Shown one piece after another: positions 56,310 to 64,000 of a DNA stretch of 64,000 bases. Positions within the stretch are counted from its first letter, which is position 1. The number at the start of each line of letters is the position of its first letter. The DNA is from an uncultured Poribacteria bacterium. GTDB lineage: Bacteria; Poribacteria; WGA-4E; WGA-3G. Made by a program: the position numbers and the translations under genes. The DNA lies in contig CATQHZ020000001.1 of the NCBI GenBank assembly GCA_958296135.2, positions 2,688,001-2,752,000 on the forward strand. Reading direction: 5' to 3'. The notes below the pieces were generated by a model. The model was given only the letters and a program-made list of their open reading frames with translations, made no database searches and was not told the DNA's origin.

Positions 56310-57542
56310 ATGAAACTCCTAGAAAATTTTATCTCGGCGTTTTCCGTGCTCCGTGCAAGCAAACTTCGCACTATCCTAACTCTTCTAGGGATTATGATCG
56401 GGATTGCCGGTGTGATTGCAATGATGTCTGTCGGCGCAGGCGCAGAAAAACTCCTCATGTCGGAGATCGAGAAAATCGGGGGGCCCAGCATGTTCGGGGT
56501 TTACCGACCCGGGTGGATTGAGGCCAACGGACGTTGGCGACGCAATACGAGCCCGCATAAACTTGAGATGCGCGACCTGCGCGCAATTCAGGAAGAATGT
56601 CCATCCGTCGAATTTGCCACCGTGGAGACAAGTTACTCCATCGATTTCAAAGTTGATGGGCGACATAGGCGGACCTACATGCGGGCGACAACACGTGAAT
56701 ACCAAGAGGTTCGCCAATGGAAAACCCGATACGGTAGATTCCTCGCCGATACGGACATGAGTTTCTGGTCGAAAGTCTGTGTCATCGGCTCGAAAGTCTG
56801 GGAGGAGCAGTTTAAAGGCGCGGACCCGCTCGGCAAGGAGGTCGCGATTAATGGCAGACGCTTTACTGTCATCGGTGTTATGGAGAGCCGCGGGGACGGG
56901 TTAGAGGCCGGGAGAAGTGACGACAACATGATCTTCATTCCGATTACCACAGCGCAGAACCGTTTTTGGGGCAGCAAAAACGTCGGTGCTATCATGGCAC
57001 GCGCCAAAAGTCCGATGGTTGTCGAACAGGCACTCAAAGAGGTTAAAACCATTCTGAGACGTAACCACAGCGGCGATGACACGTTTTTCCGGACCTGGTC
57101 AGCGAAGCAGGGGATCAAGTCGGCAAAACAGACGATTTTCATCATCGAGATGGTGCTTGTTATCATTGCCTCTGTCTCGTTGATTGTCGCCGGCATCGGC
57201 ATCCTGAACATCATGCTCGTCTCGGTTACCGAGCGGATTCCAGAAATCGGACTGCGGAAAGCTGTCGGTGCGAAAGCGTTTGACATCCGGATTCAGTTTC
57301 TCACGGAATCGGTACTGTTGTGTCTGATTGGCGGTGTGCTAGGTATCGCGCTAGGCGCAATTGTCGGGCAAGGCTTCGCGTGGATAATTGGGAAAATCTT
57401 CGGACACTGGCCCTCTGTCATTACGTTAAAGTCGGTGCTGACTTCGGTTGGAGCGGCGGGTGCGGTGGGTATCTTTTTCGGATTTTACCCGGCGAGTCAA
57501 GCAGCGAAGATGGCTCCGATTGAGGCACTTCGGCATACGTAA
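56310..57542 (+). CDS. MacB/FtsX-like ABC transporter permease
   Basis: KLRTILTLLGIMIG, GIGILNIMLVSVTER..EIGLRKAVGA, QFLTES, PIEALR. Confidence 0.93.
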   Translation: MKLLENFISAFSVLRASKLRTILTLLGIMIGIAGVIAMMSVGAGAEKLLMSEIEKIGGPSMFGVYRPGWIEANGRWRRNTSPHKLEMRDLRAIQEECPSVEFATVETSYSIDFKVDGRHRRTYMRATTREYQEVRQWKTRYGRFLADTDMSFWSKVCVIGSKVWEEQFKGADPLGKEVAINGRRFTVIGVMESRGDGLEAGRSDDNMIFIPITTAQNRFWGSKNVGAIMARAKSPMVVEQALKEVKTILRRNHSGDDTFFRTWSAKQGIKSAKQTIFIIEMVLVIIASVSLIVAGIGILNIMLVSVTERIPEIGLRKAVGAKAFDIRIQFLTESVLLCLIGGVLGIALGAIVGQGFAWIIGKIFGHWPSVITLKSVLTSVGAAGAVGIFFGFYPASQAAKMAPIEALRHT

Positions 57543-57725
57543 TCTGAAGCAGGATTAGCAGGATTTTCTGGATTAGGGGTATCCTCCTTTCATCGTGCTG
57601 CTGTTTTTTTGATAAAAACCGCACGCCGACCACGGCACTAGATGCGCCAGCAACACAGGATTTCCCACGGAAAAAACGGCAGGTTGACAAGGGGCTCTTC
57701 CTAATCTTGTCCATCCTGATTCAGA
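57543..57725. repeat. Intergenic element with imperfect terminal inverted repeats (MITE-like)
   Basis: TCTGAAGCAGGATTAGCAGGATT at left; the right end reads TCTGAATCAGGATGGACAAGATT on the minus strand; 9-bp GGATT periodicity. Confidence 0.5.
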
Positions 57726-57784
57726 CAAATGCAAATGGCGGGAACCTATGCTCCCGCCTAACGACATTGATGCCGACAACACGC

Positions 57785-58828
57785 TTAACGGCTAATCCGC
57801 ACGCTCCCTGCCTGCATCGCTTTCTCTGCCTCTTCGGCTGTTGCCCAGTTGAAATCGCCGGGGAAGGTGTGCGCTAAGGCGGAATAGCCCCCCGCGAAAT
57901 CGACTGCTTCCTGCGGTGGTTTTCCATTCAGCAGACTGTAAATTAACCCTGCCGAGAAACTATCGCCGCCGCCAACCCGGTCTACCAATTCCAAATCTTC
58001 GTAGATGCGCGAGAGATAGAATTCCTCACCATCGAAAAGCAGGGTGCGCCAATCGTTGAGCCAGCCGGTTTTGGCATCGCGCAGTGTCGTGCCGATCATC
58101 TCAATGTTCGGGAACGCGTCTTTGACGCGCTGCGCGACCTCTTTGTAACTGTCGGGTTCAAGTTTGCTGTATGCCTCCGTTGTGCCTTCCGCAGCGAAGC
58201 CGAGGGATTTCTCAAAATCTTCCTCGTTGCCGATGAGGACAGAGACATGCGCCATCATCGGCCGGTTTGCCGCCTGCGCCTGTTCCGCACTCCACAATTT
58301 GGAACGGAAGTTCAGATCGTAACTCGTCTTGACTCCGGATGCGCGCGCCGCTTGCAGTGCCTCCGCCGAGACTGCCGCAGCGGACGCTGATAACGCCGGC
58401 GTTATCCCACTGAGATGAAACCAACTTGCCCCGCTGAAAATGGAGGCCCAATCGAGCTCGCCCGGCTGCACTTTGGAAATCGCCGAATGAGCCCTGTCAT
58501 ACGTGACGCTGCTGGCGCGCGGACCCGCACCTAATTCAAGGTGATAAAACCCGTTCCGCTCCAACCCAACGCCATCGAAATCCACCCAGACGATGTTGGA
58601 CATATCCACGCCCAGTTCACGGCCCTTGTTGCGGATATAGCGGCCAGACCAGTTGTCGACAAGTCGTGAGACCCAGGCGGTTTTCAAGCCGAGTTGTGCG
58701 GCGTTCACGGCAACGTTCATCTCAGCACCGCCAGCGGTAATTGCGAGGGATGTCGCCTGCTCTAGGCGCATAAACTCTGGGGCAGTGAGACGAATCATCG
58801 CTTCGCCAAACGTGACTAAATCATACAT
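57785..58828 (-). CDS. PfkB sugar kinase (2-keto-3-deoxygluconate kinase-like)
   Basis: FGEAMIRL, GGAEMNVA, SGIT, DLNFR..LW, GNEED, DRVGGGDSF. Confidence 0.9.
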   Translation of the reverse strand: MYDLVTFGEAMIRLTAPEFMRLEQATSLAITAGGAEMNVAVNAAQLGLKTAWVSRLVDNWSGRYIRNKGRELGVDMSNIVWVDFDGVGLERNGFYHLELGAGPRASSVTYDRAHSAISKVQPGELDWASIFSGASWFHLSGITPALSASAAAVSAEALQAARASGVKTSYDLNFRSKLWSAEQAQAANRPMMAHVSVLIGNEEDFEKSLGFAAEGTTEAYSKLEPDSYKEVAQRVKDAFPNIEMIGTTLRDAKTGWLNDWRTLLFDGEEFYLSRIYEDLELVDRVGGGDSFSAGLIYSLLNGKPPQEAVDFAGGYSALAHTFPGDFNWATAEEAEKAMQAGSVRISR

Positions 58829-58837
58829 AAAAGACTC

Positions 58838-59119
58838 CTATGCTTTTTCTGTGTGTTCGGGCGGCACGCTGTGAGCGCGCGTCTCTTGATATTCGCGGTT
58901 CAAATTCTCAATGCATTGCCCACAGAAGCAATAGACTCTGCCGTAGCCGCCAACCTCTTTTTCAAGCAGCTGTTCCATCGGAAATTCGTTTTGGCAGAGC
59001 GCGCACACCTCCATCGGGACTTTCAGGCGCGCTTCGTCATCCGCCTCGCGCCGGGATATGAAATGCAAAATCAGCCAAACCGCAATCGGGATGAGGACGA
59101 CAAAAAAAATAAATAGCAT
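58838..59119 (-). CDS. Small membrane-anchored protein with a Cys4 zinc-finger-like motif
   Basis: N-terminal TM; CALC...CFCGQC. Confidence 0.7.
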   Translation of the reverse strand: MLFIFFVVLIPIAVWLILHFISRREADDEARLKVPMEVCALCQNEFPMEQLLEKEVGGYGRVYCFCGQCIENLNREYQETRAHSVPPEHTEKA

Positions 59120-59207
59120 CGCGAGCGTTCCTCGTCAATAGAATTCAGGATAGTTTACCTGAAAACGGAGAAGAGATCAAGGAAATTTTGCGGCGGAGAC
59201 AATTTTG

Positions 59208-59237
59208 TTGACACGCTATCGGTTTTGGTGGTATAAT
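59208..59237 (+). promoter_or_regulatory. Sigma70 promoter
   Basis: TTGACA-18-TATAAT. Confidence 0.8.
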
Positions 59238-59265
59238 TGATAAAAAGTTTGATAAGGAGCGCACG

Positions 59266-60129
59266 ATGACACAAATCAAACCCTTTACCGTTTCCAATCC
59301 GCTGATAGACGATGCCGAGAAACTGCGCGAGCAAGCGCGACAAGATGGCTACCTCTACTTTCGCGGCCTCATTGATGCCGAGTCTATCCTCAATTTGCGG
59401 CGAGATTTTCTGGTGCTCTGCCATCGCCACGGATGGGTGGAAGGCGGGGAAAACCTGATGGATGCTATCCGCACAAGCACGCCTTTCATGGAAGGCGATG
59501 ACGGATATTGGCCCGTTTTAGACGAATTCCAACGGCTTGAATCCTTCCACGCGTTCGCGCATCATCCAGCGATTTTGGACGTATGCGATAAATTGTTCGG
59601 CGAGAAGACGCTCGTGCATCCGCGGAATATTGGAAGAATTATGTTCCCTGAAAACACTAAATACACAACGCCTGCGCATCAGGATTACATCCACATTCGC
59701 GGCACCGAGGACACCTACACAGGGTGGATTCCGCTCGGCGCGTGCTCTGAAGAGTTGGGTGGGTTGTCCGTGCTTGCCGGTTCGCATCGGTTTGGCATAT
59801 TTCCGGTGAAGCCCGCGCTCGGCGCAGGAGGACTCGGTATTGATACCGCGCCGTTGGAGGCAGACGGCCTCGGCTGGGTGGCGGGAGATTACGCCCTCGG
59901 CGACGCGCTTTTCTTTCACAGTCACACCGTGCATAAAGCACTGCCGAATCAGACCACGGATCGGATTCGTCTCTCGGTGGATTATCGGTATCAGGGAGGC
60001 TCCAAGCCTGTCACGGAGGGCTCGCTGCTGCCACATTTCAATCGGATGGGTTGGGACGAAATTTATGACGGATGGCACGCCACGAAATATCAATACTATT
60101 GGAACGATTTTGACTTGAACCGGGTGTGA
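59266..60129 (+). CDS. PhyH-family dioxygenase
   Basis: DGYLYFRG, TPAHQD, WIPLG, GSHR, VHKALPN, RLSVDYRYQ. Confidence 0.9.
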   Translation: MTQIKPFTVSNPLIDDAEKLREQARQDGYLYFRGLIDAESILNLRRDFLVLCHRHGWVEGGENLMDAIRTSTPFMEGDDGYWPVLDEFQRLESFHAFAHHPAILDVCDKLFGEKTLVHPRNIGRIMFPENTKYTTPAHQDYIHIRGTEDTYTGWIPLGACSEELGGLSVLAGSHRFGIFPVKPALGAGGLGIDTAPLEADGLGWVAGDYALGDALFFHSHTVHKALPNQTTDRIRLSVDYRYQGGSKPVTEGSLLPHFNRMGWDEIYDGWHATKYQYYWNDFDLNRV

Positions 60130-60132
60130 TTC

Positions 60133-60954
60133 ATGAAGAAAGCATGCATGTTTCTCCTCATTGGCACGCTCTGCCTTACAATTAGCGGAAACTGTGAGAA
60201 AGAACTCGCTGACATGGCACTCATTCCCGCCAGCGAATTTCTAATGGGCAGCACCCACGGTGATGCCGACGAAAAGCCCGTGCATACCGTTTACCTTGAC
60301 GCGTTCTACATTGACACGTACGAAGTAACAGTCGGCGAATACAAGCGGTTTGTCGAAGCCACCGGCCATCGGGCGTTACCTGAGTGGGTTGTGCAGTGTT
60401 CTCCAACCGACCGGCATCCTGTCGTAGGCGTGAGTTGGCATGACGCGATGGCCTACGCGCAGTGGGCCGGCAAACGTTTGCCGACAGAAGCAGAATGGGA
60501 AAAGGCGGCGAGAAGCGGATTGAAGGAACAGAAATACCCCTGGGGCAATACGCTTGATGCCAGCAAGGCAAACTATGGAAAGGGCAAGAAGACAAAATCC
60601 CAAACGCAGGCTGAAAAAACAACGCCTGTTGGCACGTATCCTGCCAACCGCTATGGACTCTATGACATGGCGGGGAACGTCTTGGAATGGTGCCTTGATG
60701 CGTATCAGAAGCAGTTTTACGCCAACTCGCCGCGCCGAAACCCTGTTGCAGGAACAATAAACGGGACCTCGGGAGCCGAAGGTATTCATCAGATTATCGA
60801 GAACTCCGCTCAAAAAAAGGAACGGCGTGTGACGCGAGGGGGCTCTTGGAGTTTCAGTCCCGAGGGAGTGCGCGTGGCGAACCGCTTCAGAGAAAAACCT
60901 TCACTGCTGAGTAGCGACATCGGATTTCGCTGTGTGAAGGATATTGAACCCTAA
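60133..60954 (+). CDS. Formylglycine-generating enzyme (SUMF1/FGE-sulfatase) domain protein
   Basis: FLMGS, EKPVH, RLPTEAEWEKAAR, GLYDMAGNV.EW, RGGSW, GFRC. Confidence 0.92.
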   Translation: MKKACMFLLIGTLCLTISGNCEKELADMALIPASEFLMGSTHGDADEKPVHTVYLDAFYIDTYEVTVGEYKRFVEATGHRALPEWVVQCSPTDRHPVVGVSWHDAMAYAQWAGKRLPTEAEWEKAARSGLKEQKYPWGNTLDASKANYGKGKKTKSQTQAEKTTPVGTYPANRYGLYDMAGNVLEWCLDAYQKQFYANSPRRNPVAGTINGTSGAEGIHQIIENSAQKKERRVTRGGSWSFSPEGVRVANRFREKPSLLSSDIGFRCVKDIEP

Positions 60955-60998
60955 ATGCACAGGACAGAACCTACGGGGTTTGTTCTGCGTCCGTCCTA

Positions 60999-62141
60999 AT
61001 GCCAAAAACTGGAAGGATACAAAAATCATTGGCTAAAAAGATTCTGCTGCTGATCGGCTGGAGTTGCATCGCCGTTTTGGCGGCATCAGCGGAAAACTAC
61101 ACCGGGGATTTTTTGACGAACGGCGTTGGCGGGCGCGCCCTCGGACTCGGCGGTGCCTACGTCAGCATCGCAGACGATGCCACCGCGACCTACTGGAATC
61201 CCGCCGGTATCGCAAGCATCGCGCGCGGACAAACAGCCGAAGAGGAAGGGCACGCCGCCGCCGCTAATCAACTCTGTTTGATGCACGCCGCGCGGCGCTC
61301 GGGATTAGGCGCGTTCAATTACGTCAGCGGCATTCGGCAAATCGTCCCGAACCTCGCGGTTGGGCTTTCGTGGATTCGCGCCGGAATTGACGATATTCCG
61401 ATTTACCCAACCATTCCCGCGTTCGATGAGAATATCAGCGCGGACGCACGGAAAAACATTGAGAGACTGCGCCCGAAGGAGAAAGATTTCGTCCCTACGG
61501 GTTACCTCAGCGATAGCGAAAACGCGTATATCCTCACCCTCGCGAAGCGGTTCGTTGTCAGTCAATCGTGGTGGGACAACTTCGGGAGAGATTCATTGCC
61601 ACCGGAGCTCCTCATCGGACTCAATGCAAAGTGGCTCTCGCAACGCATCAACGGCGGCGGGAGTCTGGACGAGGCATCCGCCGCAATCTACAATTACGGC
61701 AGCCGCGGTTACGGCTTTGATGCAGGCATGCTCATCCGCCTCCCTGACCTGAACGCGCTTTTTGGTTTGCAAATCGGTAGTTTCGCGCTCGGTATCAATT
61801 GGCAAGACATCTCGCAGACAACACTAACATGGAACACGCCGTTCGCGAGTTATAAAGAGTCCATCCCGGCTAATGTGAATATCGGGCTGGCGTATTCCAA
61901 CCGGCGCGTTTTCAATCGGGAACTCATCGTCTCCTATCAGTGGCAGGGACGCTACGGTGGACAAACGCACCTCGGTATGGAATATCATCTCAGCGCACCG
62001 TTGGCACTCCGAGTTGGGTATCGCAACGGCAGCCTCACGAGCGGCGTTGGCGTTCAGTTGCAACAGTTCCGTCTCGACTACGCGCTCCTCCTCGGCGACA
62101 TTATCAATACGCATTTTCTAAGTCTGCTCTGGCGTTTCTGA
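60999..62141 (+). CDS. PorV/UPF0164-like outer membrane beta-barrel
   Basis: Signal peptide, FLTNGVGGRALGLGGA...DATATYWNPAG, C-terminal Phe. Confidence 0.8.
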   Translation: MPKTGRIQKSLAKKILLLIGWSCIAVLAASAENYTGDFLTNGVGGRALGLGGAYVSIADDATATYWNPAGIASIARGQTAEEEGHAAAANQLCLMHAARRSGLGAFNYVSGIRQIVPNLAVGLSWIRAGIDDIPIYPTIPAFDENISADARKNIERLRPKEKDFVPTGYLSDSENAYILTLAKRFVVSQSWWDNFGRDSLPPELLIGLNAKWLSQRINGGGSLDEASAAIYNYGSRGYGFDAGMLIRLPDLNALFGLQIGSFALGINWQDISQTTLTWNTPFASYKESIPANVNIGLAYSNRRVFNRELIVSYQWQGRYGGQTHLGMEYHLSAPLALRVGYRNGSLTSGVGVQLQQFRLDYALLLGDIINTHFLSLLWRF

Positions 62142-62178
62142 TTGCTCAACGAACATCGCGTTTCACATTGCTCCACCT

Positions 62179-62231
62179 GTAGCGCGAGGGAAAACCCGGC
62201 GAGCGCGAATCGCCGAGGGTGCCCCTCGCGA
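62179..62231. repeat. Long nested-hairpin REP-like family B unit
   Basis: GTAGCGCGAGGGAAAACCCGGCGA...TCGCCGAGGGTGCCCCTCGCG; similar to 1501-1553. Confidence 0.75.
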
Positions 62232-62244
62232 ACTCTTCATCCCC

Positions 62245-63438
62245 TTATTTCGGTGCCTTTGACAAATCCGGCAGGTCGCGGAGGATAAGCAGCAGCGGTG
62301 CCATCAACAACGGCAACATCACCAATCCGTCCAACACGATAGGCAAACCGAACAGGTCTCCCAATACACCGACGAGTTTATTCAACAGTCCGCCGACACC
62401 CCACGCCGCGCCCATCATCAGGCTAGACGCAATGTTTTCACGTCCCCGCAGCATCATCTGTGCAAGCACGATGTTAATCGTGATCGAACTCGCGAGGATA
62501 ACGTTGCCTAAAAAGAGGAAGACGAGGAAAGGCAGCCCTTCCGTGTGAAGCGACGCGTAGAGCAGGGGCGGCGCGCCGAGTAGCGAAAATAGCAACAGAA
62601 CATAGGTATTCACCCGGTCGGAGATCCAACCGCCGCCCATGATGCCCACCGAACCGGCAAAGATAAAGAGCGCGAGGATGAAAGAGCGGATCTGGTTCGG
62701 ATAGTCCCGGTTATCAAGATAGATAGACAAGAAACTTTCTAGGCCGACAGCCGTAACCGTCCGAAACGCGGCGATGATGAACAGCACGATGAGCGGTAAA
62801 AAGATGCCGCGCCGTAGCGGCGGCAGCGGCGATCCAACGTCTCTATCTCCATCAATAGAAACATTAAAATGGCGCGCGTCGCGAAACACCCACGGCACGC
62901 ACAACGCCACGATAACGCCCGGTACCATCCCCCACGCCAGTGAGGCCAGCCCGAAACGGTACGGCATCGCCATCAGTGCCAGCGGCCCGAGGGCGCGGCC
63001 GACGTTGCCGCCGGTGAGAAAAATCGAGGTGCCTAACCCTCTCCCTTCCGCGGCGAGCGCACCAGCATAAGTCGTCGCCTGCGGATGAAAGGCGGCGACT
63101 CCGAGCCCGCCAACAGCGAGGAGTAGATACACAATCAACTTGGAAGGCGCCAGCCCTAACAGACTCAGACAGACTGCAGTGAGTAAAACGCCGAAGGTCA
63201 GGAAATGCACCGTCCGCACCCGGTCTGACAGCCATCCGAAAAGAATTTGCCCCAACGAACTGAAGACGCTGTAGAGAGATACGAGTGTGCCAGCGAAACT
63301 ATTCCGCGCCGCTGTTGCAACAAGTTTCGTCAGCAGTAGCGGCAGCAAGTGCGATAATAGCGTCGCGTAAGAGTCCAACACCGTGTGCGTGAAGGTGAGG
63401 AAGTAGAATTGTTTGCGGGTGGATGGGGTGTTTTGCAT
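62245..63438 (-). CDS. MFS transporter (Fsr-like)
   Basis: H...D.Y, Q..FGWLSDR, G.AAFHP, GGNVG.ALGP, GGWISDR. Confidence 0.9.
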   Translation of the reverse strand: MQNTPSTRKQFYFLTFTHTVLDSYATLLSHLLPLLLTKLVATAARNSFAGTLVSLYSVFSSLGQILFGWLSDRVRTVHFLTFGVLLTAVCLSLLGLAPSKLIVYLLLAVGGLGVAAFHPQATTYAGALAAEGRGLGTSIFLTGGNVGRALGPLALMAMPYRFGLASLAWGMVPGVIVALCVPWVFRDARHFNVSIDGDRDVGSPLPPLRRGIFLPLIVLFIIAAFRTVTAVGLESFLSIYLDNRDYPNQIRSFILALFIFAGSVGIMGGGWISDRVNTYVLLLFSLLGAPPLLYASLHTEGLPFLVFLFLGNVILASSITINIVLAQMMLRGRENIASSLMMGAAWGVGGLLNKLVGVLGDLFGLPIVLDGLVMLPLLMAPLLLILRDLPDLSKAPK

Positions 63439-63475
63439 ACCGGGGCTCGCCCGTTACTTTTGTGCGGTATAGCAC

Positions 63476-64000
63476 CTAGGGATTCAATTGCAACTGCTTT
63501 ATCCCAAATGAAATCCGTCTATCTGGATTAGAGACTTCAAGCACCACGGCATCAACCTTTTCGCCAATTTGAACGACTTCAGACGGATAAGCCATATTGG
63601 ATTTATGAATGAGCCCTGAAACACCCGCTTCTACCTCAAGGAACGCGCCATAACTCGCCTTGTTAACAACCGTGCCTTGAACTATTGAACCGATCGGATA
63701 TTTCTCCTCGGCATCTATCCACGGATCCTGCGTCATCTGTTTCAAACTCAACGAGATTTCCTGATCTTCTCTGTCAACTCTGATGACCAGGGCTTCAACC
63801 TCATCTCCGATTGAAATGACTTCGGACGGATGCTCAATGCGTTTCCAATTCCAGGCCAATTCAGACTTGGGGACTAACCCCTCAACCCCGCCGAGGTTCA
63901 CAAACGCGCCAAAAGGCAGCAGCCTTTTCACGACACCTCGCACAGGAGTCCCGTTGTGATAAGCAGCGGAAATGGTTTCCCAATCCAGTGCCCGTTCGGC
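63476..64000 (-). CDS. S1 RNA-binding domain protein (partial; two RpsA-like S1 domains visible)
   Basis: FGAFVNLGGVEGLVPKSELAW and YGAFLEV...SGLIH.S; frame open to the window end. Confidence 0.8.
   Translation of the reverse strand, partial: AERALDWETISAAYHNGTPVRGVVKRLLPFGAFVNLGGVEGLVPKSELAWNWKRIEHPSEVISIGDEVEALVIRVDREDQEISLSLKQMTQDPWIDAEEKYPIGSIVQGTVVNKASYGAFLEVEAGVSGLIHKSNMAYPSEVVQIGEKVDAVVLEVSNPDRRISFGIKQLQLNP

Noticed and set aside
63476-64000. Naming as rpsA
   Set aside because: Only two S1 domains are visible and the protein ends right after the second; it cannot be told apart from another S1-domain protein.
1-64000. tRNA, rRNA, integrase, transposase or RAYT genes
   Set aside because: None recognised by eye; the enzyme mobilising the REP-like elements, if any, must lie outside this window.

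Overview
About 64 kb of bacterial chromosome. The gene content (three PhyH-family dioxygenases, an FGE-sulfatase-domain protein, a Uma2 endonuclease, several TPR and protease-TPR proteins, a DUF6785-like membrane protein, a PorV-like barrel, a TonB receptor) resembles Candidatus Poribacteria; this is an inference. Most genes are metabolic or housekeeping (dehydrogenases, argD, glnD-like, trmB, uvrC, PPi-type PFK, KdgK-like kinase, MFS, MacB-like permease). Two accessory regions stand out. (1) 19.1-30.8 kb, four co-oriented genes: an N6-adenine MTase whose conserved C-terminal tail is thrown out of frame at a G9 tract; a membrane-anchored coiled-coil protein built of 35/28-aa repeats; a PLD-nuclease/SNF2 helicase; and a fusion of an archaeal-type TGT domain with an exact ArcS motif (PC-x3-KPY-x2-S-x2-H). 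This is a candidate undescribed 7-deazaguanine-linked modification/defence system. (2) 42-51 kb, a minus-strand cluster of a nuclease-STAND NTPase, protease-TPR, TPR proteins, an ASRT-domain protein and a frameshifted FRG-domain gene. Other notable items: a HEPN plus BolA-like gene pair, a broken hicA beside a double-domain hicB, and several families of GTAG/GTAA-headed REP-like palindromes that form tandem arrays, supply stop codons and sit in frame inside proteins. No rRNA, tRNA, CRISPR array, integrase or transposase was recognised. All family calls come from motif recognition by eye; no database searches were run.
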